Program-made: the position numbers and the translations under genes
Source: a virus
Strand: one strand, 5' to 3'
Virus record (IMG/VR): IMGVR_UViG_3300036800_000311
Coordinates: 41,538 to 105,537 of that record
DNA length: 64,000 nt
The notes under the pieces: model-generated
Database searches by the model: none
What the model was told of the DNA's origin: nothing
The model's input: the letters and a program-made list of their open reading frames with translations, nothing else
Shown here: positions 8,788-19,924 of the stretch, one piece after another
Layout of the letters: each line of letters begins with the position of its first letter
How positions within the stretch are numbered: the stretch's first letter is position 1

Positions 8788-11700
8788 TCACGACAGCCAC
8801 TCTCCGACGAGCCTTGATTCAATCGTCGGGCCCTCCATGAGCGCGGGCACCTTCGCAGTCTCTTCCCCCCACACATCGGCGTTCGTGATACCGCCGCAGC
8901 CGCACTCATAGCCTGGACAGCAGGCGTAGTCGTCAGGATCATCGCCGGTGGGTTCCTGGATCCGGCCTTGGAGGATGAGCGCCCAGCGCTCGGCGCCCTG
9001 GCGCGTCTGGTAGATCTTCGCCTTGCGGCGCTGGCCTTCGCGCCGCCAGACCACCCGGAACTCCCGACCGCTGACGGGCATGACCTTGACTCGCTCCACG
9101 CTACCTCCGAGCACCGGCTCCTGGGGCTCGTCGTGCGCGTTCCACTGGCCGACCGCCGCGCTGCCGATGTGCACTCGCCAAAGCGTCCATCCCTCTTGCG
9201 CGCGGTTCGTCACGGGGTCCTCCGGTCCGGCGGAGAAAGAAGCGCGCTCACCATTCCAACCCCATCGCCGTCGCCTCCGGCCGCCACTTCTCAACGAGAC
9301 GATCCAGCGCTTCGGGATCCGTGTCGCGTAACGCTTCGATCGTCACTTGTAACAGGCCTCTGATACCTTCGCGGCCCGCCCTCTGGACCCGCTCCCGATC
9401 GTCGATCAGCATCAGTCTCATCGCCTCCCAGGTAGCCAAGAGCGCCAGCTCGTCGGAGGACGGTGAGAGCCGAGCACTGGCTAGAACGGCCCAGGCGTGG
9501 GCGACGCTGCTCGGATCACGGTCTGCTCCCGGCCGCGGCGTCATCGCGGCACCGCCGCAGTCCACCCGGCCGCCTCGGCCCGCTCACGCCGCAGCCTCAC
9601 CGCAGCCGCAGCCTTCACAACGTACCCCTCACTCCACGTACGCGCCACTCCCGCTCCTGCGGGGTCGGAGACCCTGGGGTCTCCTTGCTCGCCGCGCGGA
9701 CGCCCTGCCCGAACGGCCGGAGGTTCTCGACGGCGTCGCGCTCGGACAACTCTGGGAGGAGCCGGGGGCGGAGGATGCCCGCGAGCAGCCTCACGGCCGG
9801 GTTACCGTCATCGAGTTGCTGTGGAGGTAGGCGTCTATCCGCGCCGCGGCTCGCTGGCCGTCGACGGTCAGGGAGAGGCGACGGTCCTCCCAGGGCCGCT
9901 CGCGGTCCTCCGCGACGACGCGGACGTACCCGGCACGCTCCAGTCGCGTGATCACCCGGCGGACGCGCCGCTCCGTCATCGCGCCCCCCGGCCCGCGCGG
10001 AGGAGGTCGACGGGGCAGTGGTGGCACCTCGCGCCGCGGAGCTCCGGGTGGCGGACGTTGTCGCCGTCGCGGCAGCCGGAGCATCCCACCCGCCGGGTGG
10101 CGGGCGTCAGGGCGAGACGAACGCCGTGAGCATCGACGTAGGCGCGGGTGGCCGCGTCGCGCTCTGGTCCGATGGGGAACCGCGAGATGTACTCGTCGTA
10201 GCGCTCCGAGGTTTGGGTGCTCATCGCCGGTCTCCGTAGCGGTAGTAGACGAACCCCCAGCAGATCGCCGCGAAGCCCTCGGCGGCGGCGAGCCACTCCC
10301 ACCACGGGGTGGTTCCGACGAGCCGCCAGGTCTCGAGGCCGCGCGTGGACCCGATCACCCACCAGACGAGGATCAGGGTCATCCAGGCCCCCGCGAGGAC
10401 GGGCAGCGGCATTCCGTCGAGGAGCCAGGTCGTCGCGCACCAGCTCACGAAGAATCCCAGGAGGAGGAGCGCGGTCATCGCTCCGCCTCCTGGTCGTACG
10501 GGCCGGGACGGTCCTCCGTCCGCCAGCCGCGAGCGGCCTCCCAGGCCATCCAGGCGAGCCCGAGGAGCGGGACGGAGAGGAGCGCCGAGGTGACCAGAGC
10601 GGTCACGACTCGTCCCGCCTGCGGGACCGCTGGAAGTGCCGCCACGAGAAGTACCCGTAGGCTCCGCTCGAGAACGATACAAATGCCAAGGTGACGACGA
10701 TGACTACCGAGGGAATAGACATCGCGCAGACCAGGTCGCTCACCGCCGCCGTCCAACCGGCAACCGAAGCCGCTAGGTATGCCCGCGTCTCCGGACCCCA
10801 CGGCTTGCGGCGCCAGGTGCGAATGCGCGGGAGGGTGACGAAGCGGGTCATCAGTTCGTCGGCCAGAGCACGACGGCCCTGGCCCCATCGGGTTCGTCGT
10901 AGACTTCCTCGCCGGAGAAGCCCCGGGCGCGAAGCTCGTCCGTCAGGTGGTGCAGGTGAACCTCACCGCTCCACGTTGTCTCGGGGACGTAGACGTTGTT
11001 CTCGCCCGCGGCCTCGCTGAGGGGCGAGAAGTCATTGCCCTCGCCGTCCTTGGACATCACGACGGGATAGTCCGGGTCGCACTCGCCGAGTGCGGTGATG
11101 AGCTCGCGGACGGTCATCGCTTCGCGCCGATCCGCGTCGGGGAGGACGGCTCAGGCCAGAACGCGCAGGCGCAGGAGATCGCGTCAGGCTCGTCCGAGTA
11201 GAGCGCCTTGAACAGGGCCAGCGCGCGAGTCTTCGCCGTGTCGCCGTTGACGCCGCGGACGTAGGACCCGTCGCCGTTCTCCGCCCAGAGGACGACGCGA
11301 TCATCGACGCGCCGCTCGTGAAGGACCCAGCCCCCGTCTCCGAGGACGACGAGTAGGCCCAGCCAGCCCTCGTCCCCCGTCTCCTCGAGGTCGGCCGGGG
11401 TGCAGGGAAACGGCGAGTGAGGCGGGTTCCGCTCCTCCCGCTGGCGCTGAACGGCCCAGCGGTAGCGGCGATCCACGGGTGGGCCGAGGATGTCGTCGTA
11501 GTCGCTCATCGCGCCTCCCCCGGGCCGATCGGGAGGTCGCAGATCGCCCGGAGGAGCGCCGTCAGGGCCGCTCCGTCCGCGATGTTCGTCCTCGTGTGCT
11601 CCATGACGTAGTCGCAGGAGTGGATGCTCCCAGGGCGGAGGTCGAAGGGGTAGGAGAAGTCGCTCGTGGCTCCGTTGACCTTGGAGACGAGGACCTGGCC

Positions 11701-13750
11701 CCGATGCGGGTTTCCGTGCCGGTCGTACGACCCCGAGGGCACGTACCAGTGTCCGTGGGGTGGGTTGACGCTCGAGCTGAGCTGGACCATCCAGAGCGAC
11801 GGCACGAACACGAGGGCGTAGGCCGTCCCGTTGTCGGGCTGGTAGGAGAGGCCGCACGGAGGCCCTGCGCAGCCCTCCCCCAGGTGGTCCGCGATCATCC
11901 TTCCGGCCTGGCGGACGTAGTCAAGGTCCAGCCTCTCGACCTGGCCCTCGTAGGTGTCCAGGGCGCTCATCCCTCGGCCCTCCGGATCTCCGTCTCGCCG
12001 GAGCGGAGCTCCCAGACGCCGAGGTCGGCGACCAGGCGGCGGAGGTCGGCCGTGCGGACCGCCCGCGTCTCGCCGGAGACGTGCCACTCCGGGAGCATCG
12101 GACCGTCGTACGGGGGAATCATCGTCCACACGCCCAGGGACTGGTCCAGGAAGAGGACGTCCGTCGTCGGGTCGTAGCCGCGGTCCGCGCGCCTCCCCTC
12201 GATGATCGTCAGCGACGGAGCCTTCCCGGCGCGCTCGACCGTCGCCTTCGTCCCGGCGGGACGAAGGCGAGCGGAGTCCGCAACGACCTCCCCGTCGTGG
12301 CCGAGGACGACCATCCGGCCGTCGGGGCAGGAGACCGTCATCCGGTCCTCCTGCGGTCCGACGTTCGGCGTGATCCGGACCTGCTCGTCGTACGCGCTGG
12401 CGATTCGGTCCGCCTCCGCGCGCTGCTCGTCAGTGGCTGGCATCTCTCTCCTCGGTAGTGATCTTCTCGATGTCCTCGAACTCGTACGGGGCGTCCTCGT
12501 CCCACGGACCCGTCGCGAGCCAGCGGCCGGTGTAGCGGCCCTCGACGCCGTCGTCGAAGCGGACCGTGACCCGCGGCGGGATATCGACGGGTTGGCCCTT
12601 GTCTCCGTCGTCTACGTTCGGGTCGCTGATCGAGAGGATCGTCCCGCACGCCTCCGCCTCGGAGAGCGGCTTGCCCGCGAGCGTGAAGACGGGATGTTCG
12701 TCGAGGTTCGCGTCGCTCCACGGCCAGCCCGCCATCGCGACGCGATCCCCCTCCGAGATCTCGGTGCCCTTGGCGTCCACGTAGGTCTCGGTCATGGGGT
12801 CACCGTCGCCCGCTGGGCCTGATTCAGCGCGTAGGCCGCGCCGAGGCCCTCGTGATGGAGCGGATCGTCAACCCAGACGAGTTCGTAGCCGTCGGGGTAG
12901 TGCTCCGCGAAGCGTCGTCGCTTCTCCTGACCCGGCCCGCTCACCGGACCGAGAGGTTCGACGTAGCCGATGTCCATTCGGGCGAAGCCGTCGGAGCTGG
13001 AGCAGTGCTGACCGAGGCAAGCGCCGTCCTCCGCGAGGGCGACAGACATCACCCACTCGGTCCCCGCGCCGGAGTTGATCCAGCAGTAGATCCTCGGGGC
13101 GGTCATCGCAACACCTCCACGGTCCCGTCGGCGAAGACCTCCCAGGTCATCACCGAGTGGTCGCTGCCGCTGCGGACGGAAGAGTCCTCGCGGTCCTGGA
13201 TCGGCTCGGTGACGCGCAGGTCCACGAACGCGCGGGTGTCAACGACGAGGGTACTGCCGTCCTGGTGGTAGCGCCTGGGGTGGGCGCCCAGTCCGGCGCG
13301 CTGACCCGGATAGCGGCTCTGGGCGATGGTCGAGCGGGCGTGGTCGACGGCCTCCTGCCAGGTTCCGAAGCGCTCCCCGATCGTGTAGTGGGTCGGGACC
13401 GTGAAGTAGACCGCCTCGACGAGGGTAGCCGGGTGGGTGATCGCGGTGGACATCACGCGATCCTCCGGCACCCGTCGCGGTACAGGACGTCGACCCGGGC
13501 GTACTCACCCGGCGGGCAGTCCGCGCGCCAGCGCCTGGCCATCTCCAGCGCCTGGCCGTACGCGGCGTAGTAGGGCCGCGAGGCGGACCCGACGCTCGGC
13601 ACCTTCTCGCGTCTGGAAGTCGATACCGATCTCGACCCAGTGGTATCCGTTCGTCGTGACGGATACGCGGTAGACGAGATCGTGATCGTCGCTGTCCAGA
13701 TCAAGGTAGTGACGTTGCTCGTTGATCCTGGTTTCAATGGTGGCGGTCAT
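8788..13750 (-). other. Leftward operon of roughly 15 small hypothetical phage genes
   Basis: Tightly packed short ORFs, mostly ATGA/GTGA-coupled (e.g. 10851-11117, 11967-12443, 12430-12795, 12792-13106), downstream of the promoter at about 13790. Confidence 0.6.
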
Positions 13751-13800
13751 GCTGGGCTCCTCGTGGTAGGTGGAGGGGAACTAGCGGCAGTATACTACCT
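13751..13800 (-). promoter_or_regulatory. Phage promoter plus conserved leader, copy 1
   Basis: Minus strand reads AGGTAGTATACT...CTCCACCTACCA-CGAGGAG...ATG, matching the copies at 22709 and 51217. Confidence 0.75.
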
Positions 13801-13976
13801 ATCCGGGCGGCGAGGGTTTTTCTTTTCGACCGCCGCGCGGTACGCTTCTCCCCGATGCTCCGCTACGCCTCAGCCCCGAAGGTCGGCCACGCGAGGGAGA
13901 ACCTCGCGGGACTCGGGCTGGGCTACTCGCGGACAAGCGACCAGATCACGCCCGAGACCTAGTCCGGAGAGTCCCG

Positions 13977-15062
13977 ATGACCGCTCTCCGCGCCAAGGCG
14001 GACGAGCGGAAGGCAGGCGCTCGAACCCGCGAAGACATCACCGACGCCCTCCGGGAGTACGGTCGCCGGTACGGGCCGCACTTCACGCAGGCGAGTTTCA
14101 ACCCGTCGACGGCCCGCTGGCAGGACCGCGAGGACCTCGTCCCGATCTACTACGCGGGGCGCCTCGACGGATCTCCGTGGCCGTCGCTGAACGGCATCAA
14201 GGGCGTCTTCGGGTCGTTCAGCGCCGCGCGGGTCGCCGCGGGATTCGAGCCGAACCGGCCGGGACCGTCCGCGCGTCGCCCCGCGGGGGAGCATCGCCCC
14301 GTCCGCAACGTCCGGGTCGAGCGCGTCTACGTCCAGACCGACGCCCGGAGGGACGCCGACTCCGCGGTCCGCCGGGCGCAGGAGCGCGCCCTCGCGGCCG
14401 AGCGCCGAGCGGAGGTCGCCGTCGAGCGGATGCGCCGCGCCGAGGTCGCCCCCGTCGTCCGAGAGAAGATCGTCAAGGTCGCGGACGGCCGCCCGGAGGC
14501 TCGCCTCCAGGCGCGACTCGACGCGGAGAAGACCAAGCGTCGGGAGACGGAGAAGGCCCTGCGCGCGCTGACCCGCGAGCGGGACCGGCCCGTACCGGCG
14601 CCAGAGGTCCCCAGGGACGCCCTCGCGGCCCAGGACGCCCTGCGCGCCGAGCGGGAGACCCGTAGGCTCGCCGGGCGACTGGAGACGGCAGAGGAGCGCG
14701 TGGCGTCCCTGACCCGAGAGGTCGAGGGGCTCCGCTCCCGGCTGGCGATCCTCGCGGAGGGCGCGATGGAGGCCGACCTCGTTCGTCGGGCCGAGGCGCG
14801 AGCCGAGGCCGCGGATGCGCGAGCGGACGCCGCGGAGCGTGAGATGACGACGATGGGCGCCGTGGTGACCGGCCAAGCTCGGAGGCTGACCGCCGCGGAG
14901 ATGGAGTCCCTCCGGCGCTCAGGCCCAGCCGGTGAGGTCGTACTCGCCCGCGCTCTCCGGCGACTCGCCCGCGCTCGAGCGGAGGGCAACGGCGGGCTGG
15001 ACCTCGCGCTGATGGAGATCGCCTCCGCGGCGGTGAGCTGGCGTGATCGCCTCCGGCCGTGA
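13977..15062 (+). CDS. Homing-endonuclease-associated-repeat-like domain plus long coiled coil
   Basis: [12 protein letters not shown]...[23 protein letters not shown], followed by E/R/A-rich helical sequence. Confidence 0.6.
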   Translation: MTALRAKADERKAGARTREDITDALREYGRRYGPHFTQASFNPSTARWQDREDLVPIYYAGRLDGSPWPSLNGIKGVFGSFSAARVAAGFEPNRPGPSARRPAGEHRPVRNVRVERVYVQTDARRDADSAVRRAQERALAAERRAEVAVERMRRAEVAPVVREKIVKVADGRPEARLQARLDAEKTKRRETEKALRALTRERDRPVPAPEVPRDALAAQDALRAERETRRLAGRLETAEERVASLTREVEGLRSRLAILAEGAMEADLVRRAEARAEAADARADAAEREMTTMGAVVTGQARRLTAAEMESLRRSGPAGEVVLARALRRLARARAEGNGGLDLALMEIASAAVSWRDRLRP

Positions 15063-15435
15063 CGACTTCGAGAAGCACGGCCTGAGGCGCTGGCTCTCGG
15101 ATCACCCGGGGCACCCCCTCGGCCCTGGGTATCCGATGGGGAGGACCCTCCGCGAGGAGGTCTTCCACGAGCCGACGCAGGCCTGGCGCGGAGAGTCGCA
15201 CCTGATGGCCTGGGAGCGGATCATCCGGGCGGATCCGTGCTCGTACTGCGGCGCGGAGGCGGGCACGATCGACCACGTCGAGCCGCGATCTCGTCCCGTC
15301 CGCGGACTCGGGGGAGCTCACTCCTGGGCGAACGTCGTCGCCGCGTGCGAGTCGTGCAACGGCAGGAAGGCCACGCGGTCGCTGCTGACGTTCCTCCGGA
15401 TCCGCGTCGTCTCCGCGCCCCGGACGACTACGTGA
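15043..15435 (+). CDS. HNH endonuclease
   Basis: CSYCG...TIDHVEPRS...[13 protein letters not shown]. Confidence 0.85.
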   Translation: MIASGRDDFEKHGLRRWLSDHPGHPLGPGYPMGRTLREEVFHEPTQAWRGESHLMAWERIIRADPCSYCGAEAGTIDHVEPRSRPVRGLGGAHSWANVVAACESCNGRKATRSLLTFLRIRVVSAPRTTT

Positions 15436-16144
15436 GGACGAGGTTGCAGTCCCAGTCGTGCTTGATCGCGTACCGCTCGTCATGGTCCCCGACCACGGCG
15501 ACCTCGTACCCGAGCGAGCGGACATCGTCCAGCACCCTCTCGGGATCGTCGCCTAGTTGCCTGATGTGGTACGGCGAGAACTCAAGCACGATCCTGGGCC
15601 GGTGCTCCTTGATGATGCGACCCATACCCATCAGGGCGCGGTGGTCGGATCCCTGAGCGTCGATCTTCACCACGTCCGCCCTGTCTACCAACTCGTCCAG
15701 GGGAAGACCCATCGTCGAGAGTCCCCTGACCGGTGCGTCGTCCTCGTGATCCCACACTCGGTGGTCGCCGGAGTTGTGAACGGAGAGGGTGAGATCGAGT
15801 CGCTGAATCGAGTCGAACGCCGCGCAGTTGAATAGGGTCGCCGGGTGCGCTCGGAGGTTCCAGGCGAGGAGCCTGAAGTTCGTCGGCGAGGGCTCGATCG
15901 CCGCTACTCGCATCCCGCTCTGGGCGGCGAGCAGTGAGAACCAGCCGACGTGCGCCCCGACATCAACAAAGACGCCTCCCGGCTTGAACCATTCGCGGAG
16001 TAGGGCGTTCTCGGCCGAGCGATACTCGCCCGCCTCACGAACCCCTGGCGTGACCCCGACCTCTTCGCGATGGCCGGGCCATCTCATCTCGCCGAGCGAC
16101 GTCGATAGGGTCTCGTAGGCGAAGAGATCGGGGTCGATTATCAC
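15428..16144 (-). CDS. FkbM-family SAM methyltransferase
   Basis: [33 protein letters not shown]. Confidence 0.9.
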   Translation of the reverse strand: MIIDPDLFAYETLSTSLGEMRWPGHREEVGVTPGVREAGEYRSAENALLREWFKPGGVFVDVGAHVGWFSLLAAQSGMRVAAIEPSPTNFRLLAWNLRAHPATLFNCAAFDSIQRLDLTLSVHNSGDHRVWDHEDDAPVRGLSTMGLPLDELVDRADVVKIDAQGSDHRALMGMGRIIKEHRPRIVLEFSPYHIRQLGDDPERVLDDVRSLGYEVAVVGDHDERYAIKHDWDCNLVLT

Positions 16145-16521
16145 TACGGCGCGTCGCCCGTGCCGACGATCGTAAAGTCCTGGTGGCCGGTCGTGCTGGT
16201 GACTCTCATAATCGCCGTATACGTCCCTACACTGGGCGGCCGGAACGAGGCAAGGATGTTCAGGGTGGCGTCGGCGGGAAGGTCGTAAGGGAGGTAGTCG
16301 ATACAGATCGCGACCGTAAACGGGGCCAGTTTAGTCCCGTCCTGAACGATCTCGACCCCAGTGATAGTTACCGCCCCGCTGGCGGTGAGGACACCCGTCT
16401 GCTGCCCAGCCTGGGATCCTACGCTGTTACCTCCCTGACTGGCGAAGTCGAAGTGGTCTTCACTGAGTTCCGTCTCTAGCGATAGATACGCCTCGGAGGC
16501 GTTGTACTGAATATCGGTCAT
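16144..16521 (-). CDS. Small Ig-like (ASH-like) protein with lower GC
   Basis: SD AAGGAGG; beta-rich sequence with ASFRPPSVGTYTAIMRVTS; visibly AT-richer codons. Confidence 0.55.
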   Translation of the reverse strand: MTDIQYNASEAYLSLETELSEDHFDFASQGGNSVGSQAGQQTGVLTASGAVTITGVEIVQDGTKLAPFTVAICIDYLPYDLPADATLNILASFRPPSVGTYTAIMRVTSTTGHQDFTIVGTGDAP

Positions 16522-16668
16522 ACGTCTTCCTCCTTTGTTGAGTTAGAACTGAGCGCCCCGCGGGCGCGGCCGGTGATCGCGATCAGCCCTTAGTCGCTCC
16601 GCTCTCAAGTGCGGACCTGCCCGGGGCTCCGACGCGACTCCCGCGGGGCGTCGGGGGGGAAGGCTACC

Positions 16669-17244
16669 TCACGGCAGGAGGACCCCGATCCCGCCCCAGT
16701 GCCCCTCCACGGACGGATCGTAGATCTGGAAGTGGCAATAGCGCTGACGGACCTCCTCCCAGAGCGGGATCACGTTGTGGGCCTCCGTGTTCTCGTGGGG
16801 CATGGCGGTGTCGTGGATCGCGATGACGCCGCCCTTCCGCACGAGCGGCTCGTAGAGCTCGAAGTCCCGCCGGACGCCCTCGTAGGAGTGATCCCCGTCG
16901 ATGAACAGGAGCCCGAGGGACTCTCCGCCGAGGACCCCCACGACGCGGTCGCGGGTCTCCGCGAGGTGCGAGTTGGCGTTGATGAGGGTGTAGTCGACGT
17001 CCGAGACGCGCTCCATCCTTCCCTCCAGGACGAAGAAGTCGACGCAGACCAGGTGGCCGGTGGCCAACTGAGACCAGACCCACATCGTCCCTCCCCGGAA
17101 GCCGCCGATCTCCAGGACGTTGCGGATCTCCCGGCCGCGGAGGAAGTCGATCAGCGTCGCCAGCTCGCGCGACTTCTGCATCGCCTTCCGCCTGCGGATG
17201 GCCCGATGGGCCATCCGCTGCGAGGCGGAGTTACGGACCGGCAT
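16669..17244 (-). CDS. Class I SAM methyltransferase (Methyltransf_24-like)
   Basis: VLEIGGFRGGT, LLFIDGDHSYEGVRRDF, GGVIAIHD. Confidence 0.9.
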   Translation of the reverse strand: MPVRNSASQRMAHRAIRRRKAMQKSRELATLIDFLRGREIRNVLEIGGFRGGTMWVWSQLATGHLVCVDFFVLEGRMERVSDVDYTLINANSHLAETRDRVVGVLGGESLGLLFIDGDHSYEGVRRDFELYEPLVRKGGVIAIHDTAMPHENTEAHNVIPLWEEVRQRYCHFQIYDPSVEGHWGGIGVLLP

Positions 17245-17799
17245 CTACGCCTTGCAGACCCACTGGCCCGCGCCGGACCCACCGGCCCAGATCCGAGCGG
17301 CGACCGCGTCCTGCTCGGACTTCGGGGCGAGGTACGCGCCCGAGCCAGAGCCGCCGTAGGACGCCCAGGTCGAAGGGATGATCTGGTAGTAGCCGGACGC
17401 GCCCGCCCCGTTCGGAGGGAGGTTCTCCCCGTGCGACTCGCACATCACGATCGCCAGGGGTATCGCCCAGTCGCCATAGGGGAGCGGCGGTCGCCTACGT
17501 GCCCTCCAGGCCGCGTGCAGCGTCCGCCAGAGCCTTCCGGCGGACCTCGGGGTACTAGGGGGTCGCTGGCAGCGCGCCATCCGGTGGAGCGCCGCGTAGC
17601 TGCCCCGCCGTGGGAGACGAGCGCCGCGGTAGACGATCCGCGCGGCTCGTCGGAACTGCCCGAGGGTGAAGGTGCGCTCGCAGGAGTGGCGCGAGACCAC
17701 CCCGACCTGCCGTGCCGACGCGAGCCCCGCGTCGAGGGTCGTCGGAGCGAGTCCGACTGAGATGAGGGCGACGGCCGACGCCCGCCTGAGAGACTGCAT
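17245..17799 (-). CDS. Secreted Rpf-like lytic transglycosylase
   Basis: Signal-like N-terminus; IVMCES.G...GYYQIIPSTW...APKSEQDAVAARIW...QWVC matches the Rpf lysozyme-like core. Confidence 0.85.
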   Translation of the reverse strand: MQSLRRASAVALISVGLAPTTLDAGLASARQVGVVSRHSCERTFTLGQFRRAARIVYRGARLPRRGSYAALHRMARCQRPPSTPRSAGRLWRTLHAAWRARRRPPLPYGDWAIPLAIVMCESHGENLPPNGAGASGYYQIIPSTWASYGGSGSGAYLAPKSEQDAVAARIWAGGSGAGQWVCKA

Positions 17800-17925
17800 G
17801 AGTTCGCTCTCGTCCTGCGACCGTTACCGTCGCGGCGTGACTACCGCTAGCTCCCCCTCTCACCGGGAGCCGGACGCAGACCGGGGGCTCGCCTCCTTTG
17901 CGTGGGGGACCAGAAGGCGCGAAGG

Positions 17926-18456
17926 CTAGCGCGGTGGGCGGCTGGCGGAACGCGCGGCGGCCTCCGCGAGGCAGAACCCGCAGCGCCCCGACTCGGACGG
18001 CTCGATCATCGGGGCGGCGCACTCAACGCAGAGGACGCGCTCCCTCCGAGCGGTCCGGGGGCGCGTCCGCTGGGCGGCCTGCGGCGATGCTCCGCTTCGG
18101 CGCAGCAGGGCGCGGACGGCGTTCGACGTGACCCCGCACGCCTCGCCGATCTCCAGTGGGGACTCTCCGTCCGCAAAGCGTCGGAGCACCTCGTCTCGCG
18201 ACAGCGCGGATCGCTGCTCCCTGGTCGCGCGAGAGCAGGGCTTGCACAACGTCGGAGCCTGGGAGGCGCCATTGGAGCCGTCGGTCGGCCTCCCGCAGAC
18301 GCGACACGTACCGCGGTATCGGAGCCTCAAGGCCTGATGCTTCGCTCCGTCTGGATCGGTCAGCCACATCCCGGCGGTCGAGCGCGCGACGCCCATCTCG
18401 GCGGCGATCTCGCGGGCGGTCATCCCCTCCGCCCGGAGTCCCTGGGCGATCCTCAC
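17926..18456 (-). CDS. Double HTH plus double Cys4 zinc-finger protein (start uncertain: 18423, 18456 or 18600)
   Basis: MTAREIAAEMGVARSTA, CRVC...CKPC, ESPLEIGEACGVTSNAV, CVEC...CGFC. Confidence 0.7.
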   Translation of the reverse strand: MRIAQGLRAEGMTAREIAAEMGVARSTAGMWLTDPDGAKHQALRLRYRGTCRVCGRPTDGSNGASQAPTLCKPCSRATREQRSALSRDEVLRRFADGESPLEIGEACGVTSNAVRALLRRSGASPQAAQRTRPRTARRERVLCVECAAPMIEPSESGRCGFCLAEAAARSASRPPR

Positions 18457-19316
18457 GCTCTCGCGACGACAGAGTCCGCCAGACGACGGCGGACTCTGAG
18501 CGTAGCCTGGCTCTAACTGCTGCGGATGGCTCGCATCGGAGCGCTGCCGCGGATCACGCGCTTGATCATCACCCACCTCCTTCCCCTGCGTCGAGTGCAT
18601 AGGGCCAAGGCTAGCGCCTGGTGCGCCACGGCCTCGCCACTCGCGAGACTCGCTGGGGATGCGCCGAGCGGCGAGGCCGAGCGCGGGTCGGAGGGTACCC
18701 ACTAGGCATTCCTCCTACGCGCCCGTATAGTTCTCCGCAAGCCATCCGGTCGCCGAGCCCTCTCTCCCGGCGATCAGGGGCCAGAGGGAGGGACGCTTCG
18801 GCGTCCGTTGTCCGCGGAATGCCGAAGCGTTCCCCCGCGCCCTAAAGGCATCCTCGCGGGCGGCCGATACCCGGGGTCATGAGAACCTCAGACCATCAGC
18901 CACCACGGATCACCACCCCGATGCACGTCCTCGCCTGGCAGGTCCTTCACGGACCCGCGGATCAGGTCGGCGCGTTCGCCGACGCGCTCGCGCAGCTCGT
19001 CCTAGAGGCCGGAGAGGCGGCGGGATAGCCTCACGAGGTAACCCCTTGGCGTACGTACTTCTATCCCGAAAGGGCGGTAGCGGCCTCCCGAGTCATCGTC
19101 CCTCGGGCTTCTGTAACCGAATCCCTACTACGGACGCGAAGTTCCTACCTCGTTACGCTTGCTACCCCAGGTCGAGTGATCGGTCCGCGCGCCAGTGTTG
19201 CCGCTCGTCCGGCCCGAGCTCGATCCAGTCGCGTGCTGATATCCGCCGTAAGTGACTGCCTGTAGCCGCGCTGACGGTCCGCTGGGTCTGTTCGGAAAGT
19301 GGTCCCCCGGCCGTTC

Positions 19317-19766
19317 CTAGCGCCACCTCCTCTTCTGGACGCGCTGGTTATTCTGACGTGAACTTCTCGTCTTCTGGAGGCGACTAGTCATTGCTACCGC
19401 CTGCGACTTCGTCATGCGGTCGTGCGGCACTCCGCCGAGTTTGATGATGTACGTGATCTGCTTCGGAGTGGCTAGTCCCTTGGGCGAGGCGACCTTCGGG
19501 GCGTTCTCGCGCCTGCTAGGACCGCGTTCACGATGGAAGAGTTCGTGGCAGTGGCGACAAAGGACCGTCAGGTCGGCTGGTCGCTCGTTTCCTAACCGTT
19601 CGTAGGTCCGATGATGGACGTCGAGCTTGCGGTTCGAGTTGCAGACCTGGCAACGATTCTCGGCGCGTAGCAGCGCCTGGGCACGGACCCCTCGCCAGTG
19701 GTCCGAGGTGAGGTATTCACTCCGGTACCTTCGCTGCGCTTCCGTAGGGTCGACGGAAGCGCTCAT
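19317..19766 (-). CDS. HNH endonuclease
   Basis: YLTSDHW...RCQVC...DVHHRTYERLG...LTVLCRHCHELFH; lower GC than the flanks. Confidence 0.85.
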   Translation of the reverse strand: MSASVDPTEAQRRYRSEYLTSDHWRGVRAQALLRAENRCQVCNSNRKLDVHHRTYERLGNERPADLTVLCRHCHELFHRERGPSRRENAPKVASPKGLATPKQITYIIKLGGVPHDRMTKSQAVAMTSRLQKTRSSRQNNQRVQKRRWR

Positions 19767-19924
19767 ACGGTATGCTTGGGGGGCGTCCTCACAACGCGAA
19801 TTATACGCCCCGGGTGGCCCAGAGTCCCCGGGGCGTACTTATTCCCCGGCTCCCGAGCCTGGCGGGGCGCTTTGCTTTGGGTGACCGGGTGCTCGCCGCT
19901 CCGGACGGTATACTACGCCGCGAT

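Noticed and set aside
9545-9700. Short GGCTGC-type repeats as a functional array
   Set aside because: Irregular and low-complexity; more likely a degraded Cys-motif gene or locally poor sequence.
17800-17925. c-di-AMP (ydaO) or c-di-GMP-I riboswitch upstream of the Rpf-like gene
   Set aside because: Only short fragments (ACGCAAAG, CCGGTCT, TAGCGG) match; I could not build the conserved architecture.
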